DNA of 64,000 bases from Candidatus Latescibacterota bacterium (GCA_965248755.1 OZ252149.1:2176001-2240000), one strand, 5' to 3'. Counted from the first letter of the stretch, positions 39,578 through 49,471 are shown. Program-made: numbers and translations. Notes: generated from the letters alone by a model not told the origin.

Positions 39578-42025
39578 ATGAGGAAAGCTATAGAAAAAGC
39601 TGCTGACTTTATAACCAGAATTCCCTATCTGGAAAGAGAGGTGGTGCGACGTACACTCCGCGTGCCACCTCTCCGTGTGCGACCACTCCGTGACGGAGAT
39701 TTGTTCGAAATAGAGATTTCCCTGGAGGAGATGCTCACCTTCTCTCAGGCCAGAAAGAACGATTACGCCAGGTTCATCGACCTTGTGGTTAAGATTCTGG
39801 ATGAGGATCTCGGAGAACTGAGCTTGAAATGGGGAGAGGAATTTAAGAGAGATCTGTCTCTCCTCCACTTCAGGAATCGCCTGGAGTCTCTGCTGAGGCT
39901 GGATAGGAACTATGCCGAAGGCTCTATTCCTCTATATATGTGCAAGTCCAACGTGCACGATATAGGTGACAATTTAAGGCGCGAGGCGTATATAAAGCTC
40001 AGCAAGATAGAGGAGAGCTACAGGAGACTCGAAGACGACTCTTTCAAGAGAACGCTCGTCAACGAGTCGTTCATTATGCTCAAGAATCTGATTTCAGAGC
40101 GGAACGATTCTGCTTCTGATGAGTTCTTGGAGTTCAAAAGGCTTGTGGAGGACTTCCCGTTTGACAGAGATTATAAGATAATCTCTCGGGGGTCCTGGAG
40201 GAGAACTGCTGAAATATTGCGGGAATACGTAAGCAGGAGTTTCTCAAGATTAAGGGCGGTATATGAACGATTGGATCTGCACTACAAGCAGAAGATAGAT
40301 CAAATACGAGTGCCTGAGGTTGTAGCTTACATAGATTCTCAGACTTTTTCCTTTGATAAGGATTTGAAGGAGGAACTTAAGGAGCTTTCCTGGCTGGACG
40401 ATTCTGTGAACTTGCTCTATCCCGAGGGAGAAGGTGAGGATAAGTTGAAAAGGAAAGTTCAGTTGGTCTATAGCCTCATCCATTTCAACCGGCTGTCGTT
40501 TGAGGAGATAGATTTCTCCTCAGGAGAAATATCGTCCAACACGAAGGATTCGATAAAGTACCAATTTCCTCTACACATAAGGTACTTGGCCGAAGAGGGA
40601 CAGAACAGTTTAGATCACAAGTCGTCTAAAGTAGTCTTCAAGTTTTGCTGCAACGGCTGCTCAATAGAAGACGATGGGTTGGCAATGGAACCGCAGTTTC
40701 TGTTCGGGACATATCCGCTCTTTAACGAGTCGAAAAAACTGAACGAAAAAGGAGTGGTAACCAGCAGAGGACGTATGGGGATAGGCAGCAAAGCCAAGCT
40801 CGTTGAGGTGTTGGAGGGAGGAGGAGAGGTGATAGTCATTTCAAAATCGGAATGTCCACTGCAAGGAGATAAGACATACCGAAACAGATATTCTCTGAAG
40901 GATGGGGAGATGTTTATAGGGTTTTCCAAGGCTTCAAGGAAAAAAAGAGGTGTAACGGTGAAGGTGTTCTACGGCGATAGGAGCGAATACGGAGCTGTGA
41001 AAGGACTTGTATTCAAGGGGAACCGCCTTCCAGAATTAAACAGGAAAAGGGAGAACGTAGTTAAACTCTACCTTGAGAACATATCCAAGTCCGAGATGCA
41101 GGTCTACATCGGAAGGAAAAGGATCAACAAACAGAATCCTTACAGGTTCACAAGAGATACAAAGGTGTATCAAATAGGGACAGAAAGAGGTACAATTCAG
41201 GCGGGGATAGATTACCGGACGCAAAGAGACATGGGAGAATTCAGGGTTCTTTCGGGGGACATATTCTTTCATTCCGAGTCGAGACCCTTCAACCTTGTGG
41301 TAAACTATCCTGTTGTCCTGGACCCTGTGGAGGGAAGGGATCACTTCGTAAAGAGCGAAGCGGTGTCTTACTATAATTACAACCTGGTCAAAGGAGGAGT
41401 GATCCCTTATCTTGAGTATATCAGGGAAGAATTTTCCAAGAAGGAACAGCTCCGAAAGCTCGAATCGGTACTTTATAACTTCCTTCAGGATAGAGGTCTT
41501 TTTGAGGACTTCTACAGACTGGCCTCGAAGGAGGAGATAACAGGACTGTTGCGCCTGCACAAAAGCTACAGCGAACTTGATCAAAGGGGCGACATAGTAT
41601 CCTTCGACGCGGAGTTAGACAAGAACACATCACTCTTTTTGAAGGGGTGTTACCTTGTAGATGTAAGCCGTTTCCCGGGGATTGAGGTAAGCCCTCACCT
41701 TTTAGATATCGGTAGCTTCCTATATCAAAACGGGATAGATAGTGGATCGTCCACAACAGGAGGGTCAAAGAGTTCCCGATGGAACGGTTCGTTCAGCAAA
41801 TTCTTCAAAGAGGTGGAAGCTGGAGGCATTGAGGTCTTTCCAATAAATCATCTAAATGGAGATGCTCCACTGCCCTTTGTGCTGTGGACGATGAAGGGGA
41901 AAAAACAGCTGATAGTAAACTTAAATCACAGGGTCTTCCGGACTACTGATGACGGAATTTCGCTGGCGTATCTAAGAGGGACATACAAGATATTAAACGC
42001 AAGTAAGTCACAATGGATTTTATAG
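39578..42025 (+). CDS. Large protein with central GHKL (Hsp90/MORC-like) ATPase domain
   Basis: EEGQNSLD (N box), IEDDGLAM (G1), GRMGIGSK (G2), GVTVKV (G3), later P..GRD.F and LIVNLNH..F. Confidence 0.7.
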   Translation: MRKAIEKAADFITRIPYLEREVVRRTLRVPPLRVRPLRDGDLFEIEISLEEMLTFSQARKNDYARFIDLVVKILDEDLGELSLKWGEEFKRDLSLLHFRNRLESLLRLDRNYAEGSIPLYMCKSNVHDIGDNLRREAYIKLSKIEESYRRLEDDSFKRTLVNESFIMLKNLISERNDSASDEFLEFKRLVEDFPFDRDYKIISRGSWRRTAEILREYVSRSFSRLRAVYERLDLHYKQKIDQIRVPEVVAYIDSQTFSFDKDLKEELKELSWLDDSVNLLYPEGEGEDKLKRKVQLVYSLIHFNRLSFEEIDFSSGEISSNTKDSIKYQFPLHIRYLAEEGQNSLDHKSSKVVFKFCCNGCSIEDDGLAMEPQFLFGTYPLFNESKKLNEKGVVTSRGRMGIGSKAKLVEVLEGGGEVIVISKSECPLQGDKTYRNRYSLKDGEMFIGFSKASRKKRGVTVKVFYGDRSEYGAVKGLVFKGNRLPELNRKRENVVKLYLENISKSEMQVYIGRKRINKQNPYRFTRDTKVYQIGTERGTIQAGIDYRTQRDMGEFRVLSGDIFFHSESRPFNLVVNYPVVLDPVEGRDHFVKSEAVSYYNYNLVKGGVIPYLEYIREEFSKKEQLRKLESVLYNFLQDRGLFEDFYRLASKEEITGLLRLHKSYSELDQRGDIVSFDAELDKNTSLFLKGCYLVDVSRFPGIEVSPHLLDIGSFLYQNGIDSGSSTTGGSKSSRWNGSFSKFFKEVEAGGIEVFPINHLNGDAPLPFVLWTMKGKKQLIVNLNHRVFRTTDDGISLAYLRGTYKILNASKSQWIL

Positions 42026-45000
42026 AGTTTGAATACGCTCTTTTGGAAGCGGTCAGGTGCGATCCGAAGCTTGTCGAGGCATTTTCCAGGGAGATAGCAG
42101 CGGGAAATTTGGACCTGGACCGGATTGAATGGATATTGAAAAGGGCCGGGCAAAGAGCAAATCTAGAGAACATCAGAAAGAGAATTGACCACGTTGTCAG
42201 GCATCAGCTCTTGGATGGGGAGAGGGTTCTAAGAGAGATAGGATGTCAGAACGTGACGGACGCGTACGACGATCTGACCACTCATCTTTTAGAGAACGGA
42301 GGTCATATAGAGTATCCGTTAAGAATAGAGGTAAGCTGGGAGCAGAATGGCCCCAACCTATTCGACGTGTCCATAAGGGATTGGGCTCTGGGGATGATCC
42401 TCCACGACGTTCTTTTCAAGCTTCTTTCCATAGGCGATACCACAAAGATGGGAAAGGAGAATCAATATGGAGGTCACGGCATCGGCTTCAAGCCCGCCCT
42501 GGAGTACAGCCATGAAGTGACGATAGAATCTCATGGATGTCTGACGCGCGCATGGAAAGATGGTGAATATTCCGATCGACCATCGTCGCCTGAAAGCCCG
42601 AATAGATATACGCTGAGGATCGGCGAAAAGAGCGACATATTTGAGGGAACCAAGATCACACTTAAAGGGCTGGTTTTAAATTCAGCCAACCCTACCGATT
42701 TCTTCTCCAAGGTGGGGCCATATCAGACTGAAGGTAAATATCTTTTGACCGTCAACGGAGAGCCCGTCTCAGGCAATTCTGAGACAAAGGGCGGAAGGAT
42801 TAAGACGTACAGAACCAAAGAGGAATACGACTACGAAGATAGAAAGATCTCCGTCGACATCTCTTTACGGGCTGTGGGCCGCTCCTCTGCCGAAGAGGTA
42901 TTCCTTCAGGGAGGCTGGGTCGGATTTAAAAGACCGAGCCGCGATGGGATGACTCAGAGCACCTTCGAACTCCCTTCAAACGTTTTGCTCCCAAGGACAA
43001 GGGAGAACATCCCCGGGGATCTGGAGGAGTCGATAACGGGAAAGATGGACCGCATAAAGACGGGCTTTTACTATTATTTGAAGGAGAATATCTCCTCTGT
43101 CAACGCTTACGAGTGGAGATTTTTGAAGAGATACAGACCCTCCTTTGGAAGGGTGATAAGGGATATATTACAGAACAGGAACGTCAGGACGTTTAACTCC
43201 TTTTTCATTTTTCCCTTTATATTGATAACTATTTTGTCGCTGGGATTGTATCCGATTGCTCACTCAATCCAGATGAAACTTGGGTCGTCCAGGAGCAAGG
43301 TGGCAGAATCAGAGTTAGACGGAAATGCATCGAGCACCATTCACAAGCCCCGCATTTCTTGGGCTATGGACGGCGCGCCTCCATTTCTTCATTTTAGGCC
43401 GAAAAAAATTCTCTATCTCAAGTCCGGGGTATATGATATTCTGCAGCCGGACGGAACTTGGGCCAAAAGCAGAGAAAGATTCCATCGTATAAGTAGCACA
43501 GACACGGCACTTTTGGAAATGCCACAAAGGCCGAATGTGGAGAATTGGGGGAGGAATTTCGAGTTCGAATGGAAAGTTCAGTCCAGAAAAGGAAAAATCA
43601 TCGTCCTGATGCCCTTTAATTCCACCGCCTTATGGTTTGGTCTTAACGACAGTCAAATAGATGAAATTTACGTAAACAAACTAGGCGAGATGACTGTAGA
43701 GGTGGGGAGAAAATTCGACGGGCAGGTTAGATACAATGTCCTCGCGCAGGAGGGAAACGGAGACAAGATCTATGAGCCCGACGAGTTGACCGAGGCCGAA
43801 TTTCACAAATATACGCAGGTGCCCTTTGACATCGCTTATCCTGTAGAGATATTCAACGCTCTTAATTCCCTTTACGACCTGGATTCTGAAACGCAGGTCG
43901 AGGCGGTGGAAGATTATCTCAAAAATACCATGTTATACAGCACCAGCAGGAGAACATCCAGGGTCTTCAAAAACAGCCAGATGAATATCGTAGATACGGC
44001 ACTGAAGTACATGGTGGGAGACTGCGATGTCGCCAACACTGTTTTAGCAGCGATAGTGCGGGATCAATTCGAGATTCCGACCCGTCTGGTGGTGGGGTAT
44101 AGGACAAAACCCGGCACTGCGTCTCCTCCGGGACACGGATGGATAGAGGCTTACATACCGGGGATGGGATGGAGGATATTTGACGCTTCGGGTATCCGCA
44201 CAAAGGAAGGGCCGTGGATGATCCTGTTTAATCGCATCAGAGCGGTCTACAACGACTTTATCAGAGATAAGCTGAACTATATATTGGCTCATTCCATAGG
44301 GTATACCAGAGAGAATCTATATGTATCTATCTCTGTTTTGCTCTTGCTGTGGATATTGGGGCTTTACGTTCTGAAAAGATGGGACGAAGAGAGCAAGAAA
44401 AAGGGCAAAGATAGCATCCCCATAAGCGAATTCATGCGAAAAATATCCGATTTGCACAGGTCCTTCAAAGAGATATTTTCCCCTCTGGACAATCAGGAGA
44501 TCATAGAGGCGGTCATTATAAATCGCAAAGGTATAAAGGATAAGGCTATCAGTGTGAATACTGCTAAAAAGTATTATAGCAAGGGATGTCTTTTCTTGGG
44601 AGAGCCCAAGAGCAGAGATCCTGAGTACGGCTGCTACATCGTGGATTTCGGGTTTTACTCCATGATCACACGGCATGCTGAGATTAAGGATACTTCTGGT
44701 AGGGACAAGAGAGATGGGAATAGGGACAAGAAAGCGCTCTTAAAGGCGACAATTTTGGGGGATTTTGTCCCCAGTGGAGTCAAGCAAGTGGCGATTTCAG
44801 AGTCGGCTGATAGCACAAGAGGCAGATTCGAAAGGAGGATTACAAGCTTTGTGGATATAAGTGTAAGTGCGAGCGGACTTTCCGGGATCGATCTGGATTT
44901 TGAGCGCGGCTTTACGCCCAAAGAGGAGCTTACAGGCATAAGAAAGAATTTCTGGAGGCTGGGCAGGCGACGCATCCTCATAAATATGTGGAACGAGGTG

Positions 45001-45261
45001 GTCGTAGACTTAATGAAGACCGAGCGTTCACTGCAGAAGGGAGAGGACGGGGAAGATTACGAACCGCTATCGGAGTTGATAGATTCGGTCAACTGGAGAA
45101 TCGCTTCGATACGAAGGGCTCACTTATCAGACACAGCAGAAAGAGAGCTGGATGTCGAGGAGGCGTACAGCATAGTGACAAGAAACTACCTCAACGCCCT
45201 GTTGGATATGTCTATTAAAGAGGAAGCAGGAGAAGGAGAATGGATAGAAAAAAGCTATTAG
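42013..45261 (+). CDS. GHKL ATPase - TM - transglutaminase-like domain - TM fusion protein
   Basis: LREIGCQNVTDA, IRDWALGM, GGHGIGFK, GTKITL; TM near 43200; GDCDVAN, IPTRLVVGY, GHGWIEAY, GWRIFDAS; TM near 44320. Confidence 0.8.
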   Translation: MDFIEFEYALLEAVRCDPKLVEAFSREIAAGNLDLDRIEWILKRAGQRANLENIRKRIDHVVRHQLLDGERVLREIGCQNVTDAYDDLTTHLLENGGHIEYPLRIEVSWEQNGPNLFDVSIRDWALGMILHDVLFKLLSIGDTTKMGKENQYGGHGIGFKPALEYSHEVTIESHGCLTRAWKDGEYSDRPSSPESPNRYTLRIGEKSDIFEGTKITLKGLVLNSANPTDFFSKVGPYQTEGKYLLTVNGEPVSGNSETKGGRIKTYRTKEEYDYEDRKISVDISLRAVGRSSAEEVFLQGGWVGFKRPSRDGMTQSTFELPSNVLLPRTRENIPGDLEESITGKMDRIKTGFYYYLKENISSVNAYEWRFLKRYRPSFGRVIRDILQNRNVRTFNSFFIFPFILITILSLGLYPIAHSIQMKLGSSRSKVAESELDGNASSTIHKPRISWAMDGAPPFLHFRPKKILYLKSGVYDILQPDGTWAKSRERFHRISSTDTALLEMPQRPNVENWGRNFEFEWKVQSRKGKIIVLMPFNSTALWFGLNDSQIDEIYVNKLGEMTVEVGRKFDGQVRYNVLAQEGNGDKIYEPDELTEAEFHKYTQVPFDIAYPVEIFNALNSLYDLDSETQVEAVEDYLKNTMLYSTSRRTSRVFKNSQMNIVDTALKYMVGDCDVANTVLAAIVRDQFEIPTRLVVGYRTKPGTASPPGHGWIEAYIPGMGWRIFDASGIRTKEGPWMILFNRIRAVYNDFIRDKLNYILAHSIGYTRENLYVSISVLLLLWILGLYVLKRWDEESKKKGKDSIPISEFMRKISDLHRSFKEIFSPLDNQEIIEAVIINRKGIKDKAISVNTAKKYYSKGCLFLGEPKSRDPEYGCYIVDFGFYSMITRHAEIKDTSGRDKRDGNRDKKALLKATILGDFVPSGVKQVAISESADSTRGRFERRITSFVDISVSASGLSGIDLDFERGFTPKEELTGIRKNFWRLGRRRILINMWNEVVVDLMKTERSLQKGEDGEDYEPLSELIDSVNWRIASIRRAHLSDTAERELDVEEAYSIVTRNYLNALLDMSIKEEAGEGEWIEKSY

Positions 45262-46328
45262 AGGATCTCCTTCAGACTTCAGGTGCAGAGGGGCTAAGGG
45301 AATATGAAGGACAGCAGGGGGAGCTTCTAAAAGATGCGATGTCGCATTTCATAGAATCCCTCCACTACAGGTATGTGCTGATAGCGGAAAAGTACTTCTC
45401 CACTTTTTTGGAGGTCATAAGGGAGAAGCTGGGCCTGTCTGGAGTTGTCACGGGACGGAATAAGGTAGATGTCGTATTGGACATGGCTCTAAAGTCGGAG
45501 TCGTTTTCGGCTCTGGCGTCCCATATAAACAGCACGTCAGAGTACCAGATAGACGGCCTCCATATAGATTGCCTCGATTGGTCTGAGCGCAGGCATCGGG
45601 AGGACGATGTAAAGCTCTGCTCCTTAGATGCAAAGCTCAGACTCTTTTGGGATCTCTTTAAGCAAGAAGGCGCTTGGGACTTGGAGGAACTTGGGGAGCG
45701 CATAGAGCGAATTGAGGAGATATTCTTCTCCTTAGACGCTTGCTGTCAGGAGTTTCTGTCGGATAGAAAGAGGCTAAGATCAGTTTCAAAGATGAACAGG
45801 GCTTCGCAGTTGGGTTACATCATAAATTTAGTGAGAGGAACGGCCATAGAGGAGATAGAAAAAAGTGGGCTCTTCCTTGATGATTACGTAGAATACTTCA
45901 GGATGAATCACAGGTGTGGTTGGCTGAGAGACTATCTGGAGAGGTTCTACAGGGAAAACCACGGCAAGATACGCAAGATCAAAAGGAGGGTGCGACTTGT
46001 GGGGTGGACGAGCATGGTAGCGGGCATAGCAGGGGTCTTATATTTACAGGATTTCCTGAAGATGGTCGGAAATAGCGGAGATATATCGCTTGGACTCTTA
46101 GATCCACTTGCGGATTTCTATGCTGAATACGGGAATGTCCGTTTTTTGCACTCTTTCCAGGACTTTTTCTTAGGGTTTTTTGCAATTCTCTATCCGATCT
46201 ATCTGGTGGGCATGCTCCCGTATCCTTATATGAAGAGGCAGGAGACAAACATTAACGCCCTGTATAAGGGGGAAAATATTCTTACGGAGGACTATAAGAT
46301 AAAGTTGGACAGGGAGCACGAGGGGTAG
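45240..46328 (+). CDS. Hypothetical membrane protein (helical N-terminus, two C-terminal TM helices)
   Basis: 362-aa ORF, GGAG RBS, overlaps the upstream gene; hydrophobic LVGWTSMVAGIAGVLYL and FFLGFFAILYPIYLVGML. Confidence 0.75.
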   Translation: MDRKKLLEDLLQTSGAEGLREYEGQQGELLKDAMSHFIESLHYRYVLIAEKYFSTFLEVIREKLGLSGVVTGRNKVDVVLDMALKSESFSALASHINSTSEYQIDGLHIDCLDWSERRHREDDVKLCSLDAKLRLFWDLFKQEGAWDLEELGERIERIEEIFFSLDACCQEFLSDRKRLRSVSKMNRASQLGYIINLVRGTAIEEIEKSGLFLDDYVEYFRMNHRCGWLRDYLERFYRENHGKIRKIKRRVRLVGWTSMVAGIAGVLYLQDFLKMVGNSGDISLGLLDPLADFYAEYGNVRFLHSFQDFFLGFFAILYPIYLVGMLPYPYMKRQETNINALYKGENILTEDYKIKLDREHEG

Positions 46329-46333
46329 CGGCT

Positions 46334-47350
46334 ATGAATATAACAGATTTGGGAGAGTTTGGCCTTATAGACAGAATAAAAAAATGCGTGACAACACCCC
46401 AAAAATTCGTTATAATTGGAATTGGAGATGATACTGCTGTTTTAGAGGCGGAGGATGGAAATCTCTTGCTATTTGCGTCCGACACTTTAGTAGAAGGAGT
46501 GCACTTCAAAAGGGAGCACATTCCCTTTTGCGATGTCGGATGGAGGGCGATGGCCGCTAACGTGAGCGACATAGCGGCCATGGGAGGTGAGCCGGTCTGC
46601 GCTCTGGTCTCCCTTTGCCTTTCAAAGAAGATGGACGTCGAGGACGTTGAGGCTCTCTACAGTGGGATGGACCGGGTCGGGTCGGAGTTCGGCTGTCCCA
46701 TAATCGGCGGAGATACTACATCTTCTCCAGATTCGGCTGTAATTTCGATTTCAGTTTTGGGGAGGACGAATAAAGAAAGATTGACTCTTCGAAGCGGCGC
46801 TCACATCGGTGACACAATCTGCCTGACGGGTGCATTAGGGGGTTCCAAAGCCGGATTGGAACTTCTATCTCGAACCGCAAATTTTAATCTTGACTCTGCA
46901 GATATCGATTATTTAAAAGAAAGATATCGCCGACCTTATCCCAGAATTTCAGAAGCTTTTGCTATGGGAGATGTCGCTTCCATCCATGCTGCAATAGACA
47001 TAAGCGACGGGCTGTCGTCGGAGATGAATCATATATGCAGAGAGAGCAACAAAGGGGCGCAGATATTCTCCGATAAAGTTCCCATACATAGCGCCACCCG
47101 TCAAGTGGCGGCCCAAGATTCTTCTACTGGTATGGAATACGCCCTGTCGGGAGGGGAGGACTTTGAGCTCCTCTTTACGCTCGGGGAATCGGATGTCCAG
47201 AAAGTAAAATCTTCCCTCCAGGAGAGGACAGGAACTCCCATGTCAGTTATAGGCAATATCACAGATCCAAAAGAGGGGATCCATATTGTCTACGGCGATG
47301 GAAAAAAAGAGAAATTGGAGAGCTCAGGATACCGGCATTTCGCGGATTAG
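46334..47350 (+). CDS. thiL: Thiamine-monophosphate kinase
   Basis: GEFGLI, GIGDD.AV, D.LVEGVHF, N.SDIAAMG, GGDT, DISDGL, GGED.ELLFT, GY.HF. Confidence 0.96.
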   Translation: MNITDLGEFGLIDRIKKCVTTPQKFVIIGIGDDTAVLEAEDGNLLLFASDTLVEGVHFKREHIPFCDVGWRAMAANVSDIAAMGGEPVCALVSLCLSKKMDVEDVEALYSGMDRVGSEFGCPIIGGDTTSSPDSAVISISVLGRTNKERLTLRSGAHIGDTICLTGALGGSKAGLELLSRTANFNLDSADIDYLKERYRRPYPRISEAFAMGDVASIHAAIDISDGLSSEMNHICRESNKGAQIFSDKVPIHSATRQVAAQDSSTGMEYALSGGEDFELLFTLGESDVQKVKSSLQERTGTPMSVIGNITDPKEGIHIVYGDGKKEKLESSGYRHFAD

Positions 47351-47370
47351 ACGGATCTAAGTAGACAGAT

Positions 47371-47518
47371 GAGATTGGTTCCGCTTCGCGTCTGGTTCGG
47401 GGTCGGGGTTCCACCCCTTGCAATGACTGAGGGTCAAGTCAAAGGATGTCATTGCGAGTCCCCGATTGAATCTATCGGGGAAGCCCAGAGCGAAGCCAAG
47501 GGTCAGCGAAGTAAACTC
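47371..47518. repeat. Inverted pair of REP-like elements, one carrying the short palindrome
   Basis: GAGATTGG...TTGCAATGAC (47371-47427) then TGTCATTGCGAG-TCCCCGATTGAATCTATCGGGGA. Confidence 0.75.
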
Positions 47519-47623
47519 AAGGGATGGGAGATGTCCTGTCGGCTTAACTTAGAATTGGCGGAGCTCTTTTAAGCAGAGCCCTAAGCGCAGCCATCATGCG
47601 TAGCCTTCATGCGCAGCCCTAAT

Positions 47624-48118
47624 ATGGAAGAAAAGGCACTAGGACTTATAGAGACTAAGGGATTTGTGGGTGTTGTGGAGGCTGCCGATGCGGCTGCCAA
47701 GGCCGCGAACGTAGAAGTAGTCTCTTATAAACTGACCACAGGGGGACTGGTTATGATAAGTATCGTAGGTGATGTGGGTTCTGTGCAGGCTGCGGTGAGT
47801 GCAGGCGGAGAGGCCGTCAAAGAAGTGGGCGAGCTTGTAAGCATGCACGTCATACCCAGACCCTATGGGGATCTCATAAATGTGCTTGGTCTGAGGGACA
47901 TTTCAAGGGAAAGGGCTGAGACAGGCGTAGAGGATCCCTCCAAAGTCGGTGACGTCCCTTCTGACGATCTGGATTCTATGACGGTTGTGCAACTCAGAAG
48001 ATTGGCCCGCGGCATCCAAGGATTGAGTATAAAGGGGAGGAAGATTTCATCGGCCAACAAAGAGAAATTAACTGAGGAGATCAGAAAAGCCAGAAAAAAC
48101 AGAAACGAAAATGGATAG
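47624..48118 (+). CDS. Bacterial microcompartment shell (BMC-H) protein with C-terminal helical domain
   Basis: ALGLIETKG....VEAADA..KAANV, GDVGSV.AAV.AG, HVIPRP; tail LDSMTVVQLRRLAR. Confidence 0.9.
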   Translation: MEEKALGLIETKGFVGVVEAADAAAKAANVEVVSYKLTTGGLVMISIVGDVGSVQAAVSAGGEAVKEVGELVSMHVIPRPYGDLINVLGLRDISRERAETGVEDPSKVGDVPSDDLDSMTVVQLRRLARGIQGLSIKGRKISSANKEKLTEEIRKARKNRNENG

Positions 48119-48950
48119 CAATGAAGACATCGAATTCTTGAAGGAATTTCGAGAAAAGATAGATAAGTATCTGTTTTTGGGGTATGCTCCATCTGAAGGA
48201 AGTTTATTCGCTGATATTGAGGGATCGGCTAAAATGAAACAAGCACTAAAAAATCCAGAGTTTCAAGAACTTCGCCGAACTATAAACGAAATGAAGCCTC
48301 GAGTAGAGCAATTGTTAGTAGAATGTGATCTCAGCGACGTATTTGTTATGTATCGTCCTCCCGCGGCTGGTGGTCAAGTTGTGCAGTTCAAAATGTTTAA
48401 TTTGATTACAGAAAACCCTACACATAAAAGACTCCCTAAAGAAACTTTCTTTGACGTAATCGATCAAGCCATTGGAATGTTGAAAACAAATCCGCCTGAA
48501 AAGAGAAAATCGAAAGTAGAGAGAATAGCACCAACTATTATAAAAGGACTTATTTTTATTGCTATGCCAATGGGCCTTGATGATTCTGGATTGGAAGATG
48601 TGCATGACACAATAAAGGATGTGGCAAGTGAAGATGGATTTGAGGCGAAACGAGTAGATGACCCAGAATCGAATCAGCGAATAACACCTAGAATCTTAGA
48701 ATGGTTGAAAAAAGCTGAGTTTGTTATTGCTGATTTAACTCACTCAAAGCCAAATGTATATTTTGAGGCAGGTTACGCAGAAGCAATGGGTAATATCCCG
48801 ATATATATTGCAAAAGAAGGTACACAGATAGAATTCGATGTTAAAGATTGTCCAGTAATATTCTTCAAGAACTTAAGAGAGCTTAAAACAGAATTGAGCA
48901 AACGATTAACAGGATTAAAGGAAGGAAGTCAAAAAGAGCAGAAGAGCTGA
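48111..48950 (+). CDS. Protein with C-terminal nucleoside 2-deoxyribosyltransferase/TIR-like domain
   Basis: FIAMP, RVD, I...I....AEFVIADLT..KPNVYFEAGYA.A, FDV; AT-rich. Confidence 0.7.
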   Translation: MDSNEDIEFLKEFREKIDKYLFLGYAPSEGSLFADIEGSAKMKQALKNPEFQELRRTINEMKPRVEQLLVECDLSDVFVMYRPPAAGGQVVQFKMFNLITENPTHKRLPKETFFDVIDQAIGMLKTNPPEKRKSKVERIAPTIIKGLIFIAMPMGLDDSGLEDVHDTIKDVASEDGFEAKRVDDPESNQRITPRILEWLKKAEFVIADLTHSKPNVYFEAGYAEAMGNIPIYIAKEGTQIEFDVKDCPVIFFKNLRELKTELSKRLTGLKEGSQKEQKS

Positions 48951-49039
48951 AAACAGTAGCGTTTAACAAATGTGATCAGCCAACAAACAGAAGTTGATTT
49001 TGGAAATCAGAAAAGCCAGAGAAAAGAGGTGAACCAAAA

Positions 49040-49369
49040 ATGGCAGGAGTTTGGGATAAGGTAAAAAAGACCGTCACCGAGGGGGTTTCTACAATCGTGG
49101 AGACCACCGAGGATCTGACGAAAGTGAGCAAGGCCAGACTCAACGTGGCTAACGTCAAAAGCAGGATGAAAGGGACGCGAACCGAGTTAGGGATCATCGT
49201 TTATCGGCTCGTAGAAGAGGGAAAGGTGAACATCGAGAAGGACGAAGAGGTAACGAGGCTCATAGAGACTATCAAGGAGCTCGAGACAGAGTTGAAGGAA
49301 AAGGAGGATCACCTCTCAGCAGTCAGACAGGAAAAGATGGAAAAGGAGATGAAGGAAGAGGGGGAATAG
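49040..49369 (+). CDS. Small coiled-coil hypothetical protein
   Basis: GAGGTG RBS, amphipathic helix pattern, ELG..VY. Confidence 0.75.
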   Translation: MAGVWDKVKKTVTEGVSTIVETTEDLTKVSKARLNVANVKSRMKGTRTELGIIVYRLVEEGKVNIEKDEEVTRLIETIKELETELKEKEDHLSAVRQEKMEKEMKEEGE

Positions 49370-49396
49370 CTGCTGAAGGCAGTAGATAGCATATTT

Positions 49397-49471
49397 GTAG
49401 GGGCGAGAACTGTCCCCGAATGACTCTATCGGGGATCCCTCGCCCCAAGGGCTGGGTAACCCAGCCCCTAC
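49397..49471. repeat. GTAG-type REP pair carrying the short palindrome
   Basis: GTAGGGGCGAG...CTCGCCCC..GGGCTGGGTAACCCAGCCCCTAC with TCCCCGAATGACTCTATCGGGGA at 49413-49435. Confidence 0.75.

Noticed and set aside
47369..47572. 67-aa ORF after thiL
   Set aside because: Translation of REP repeats
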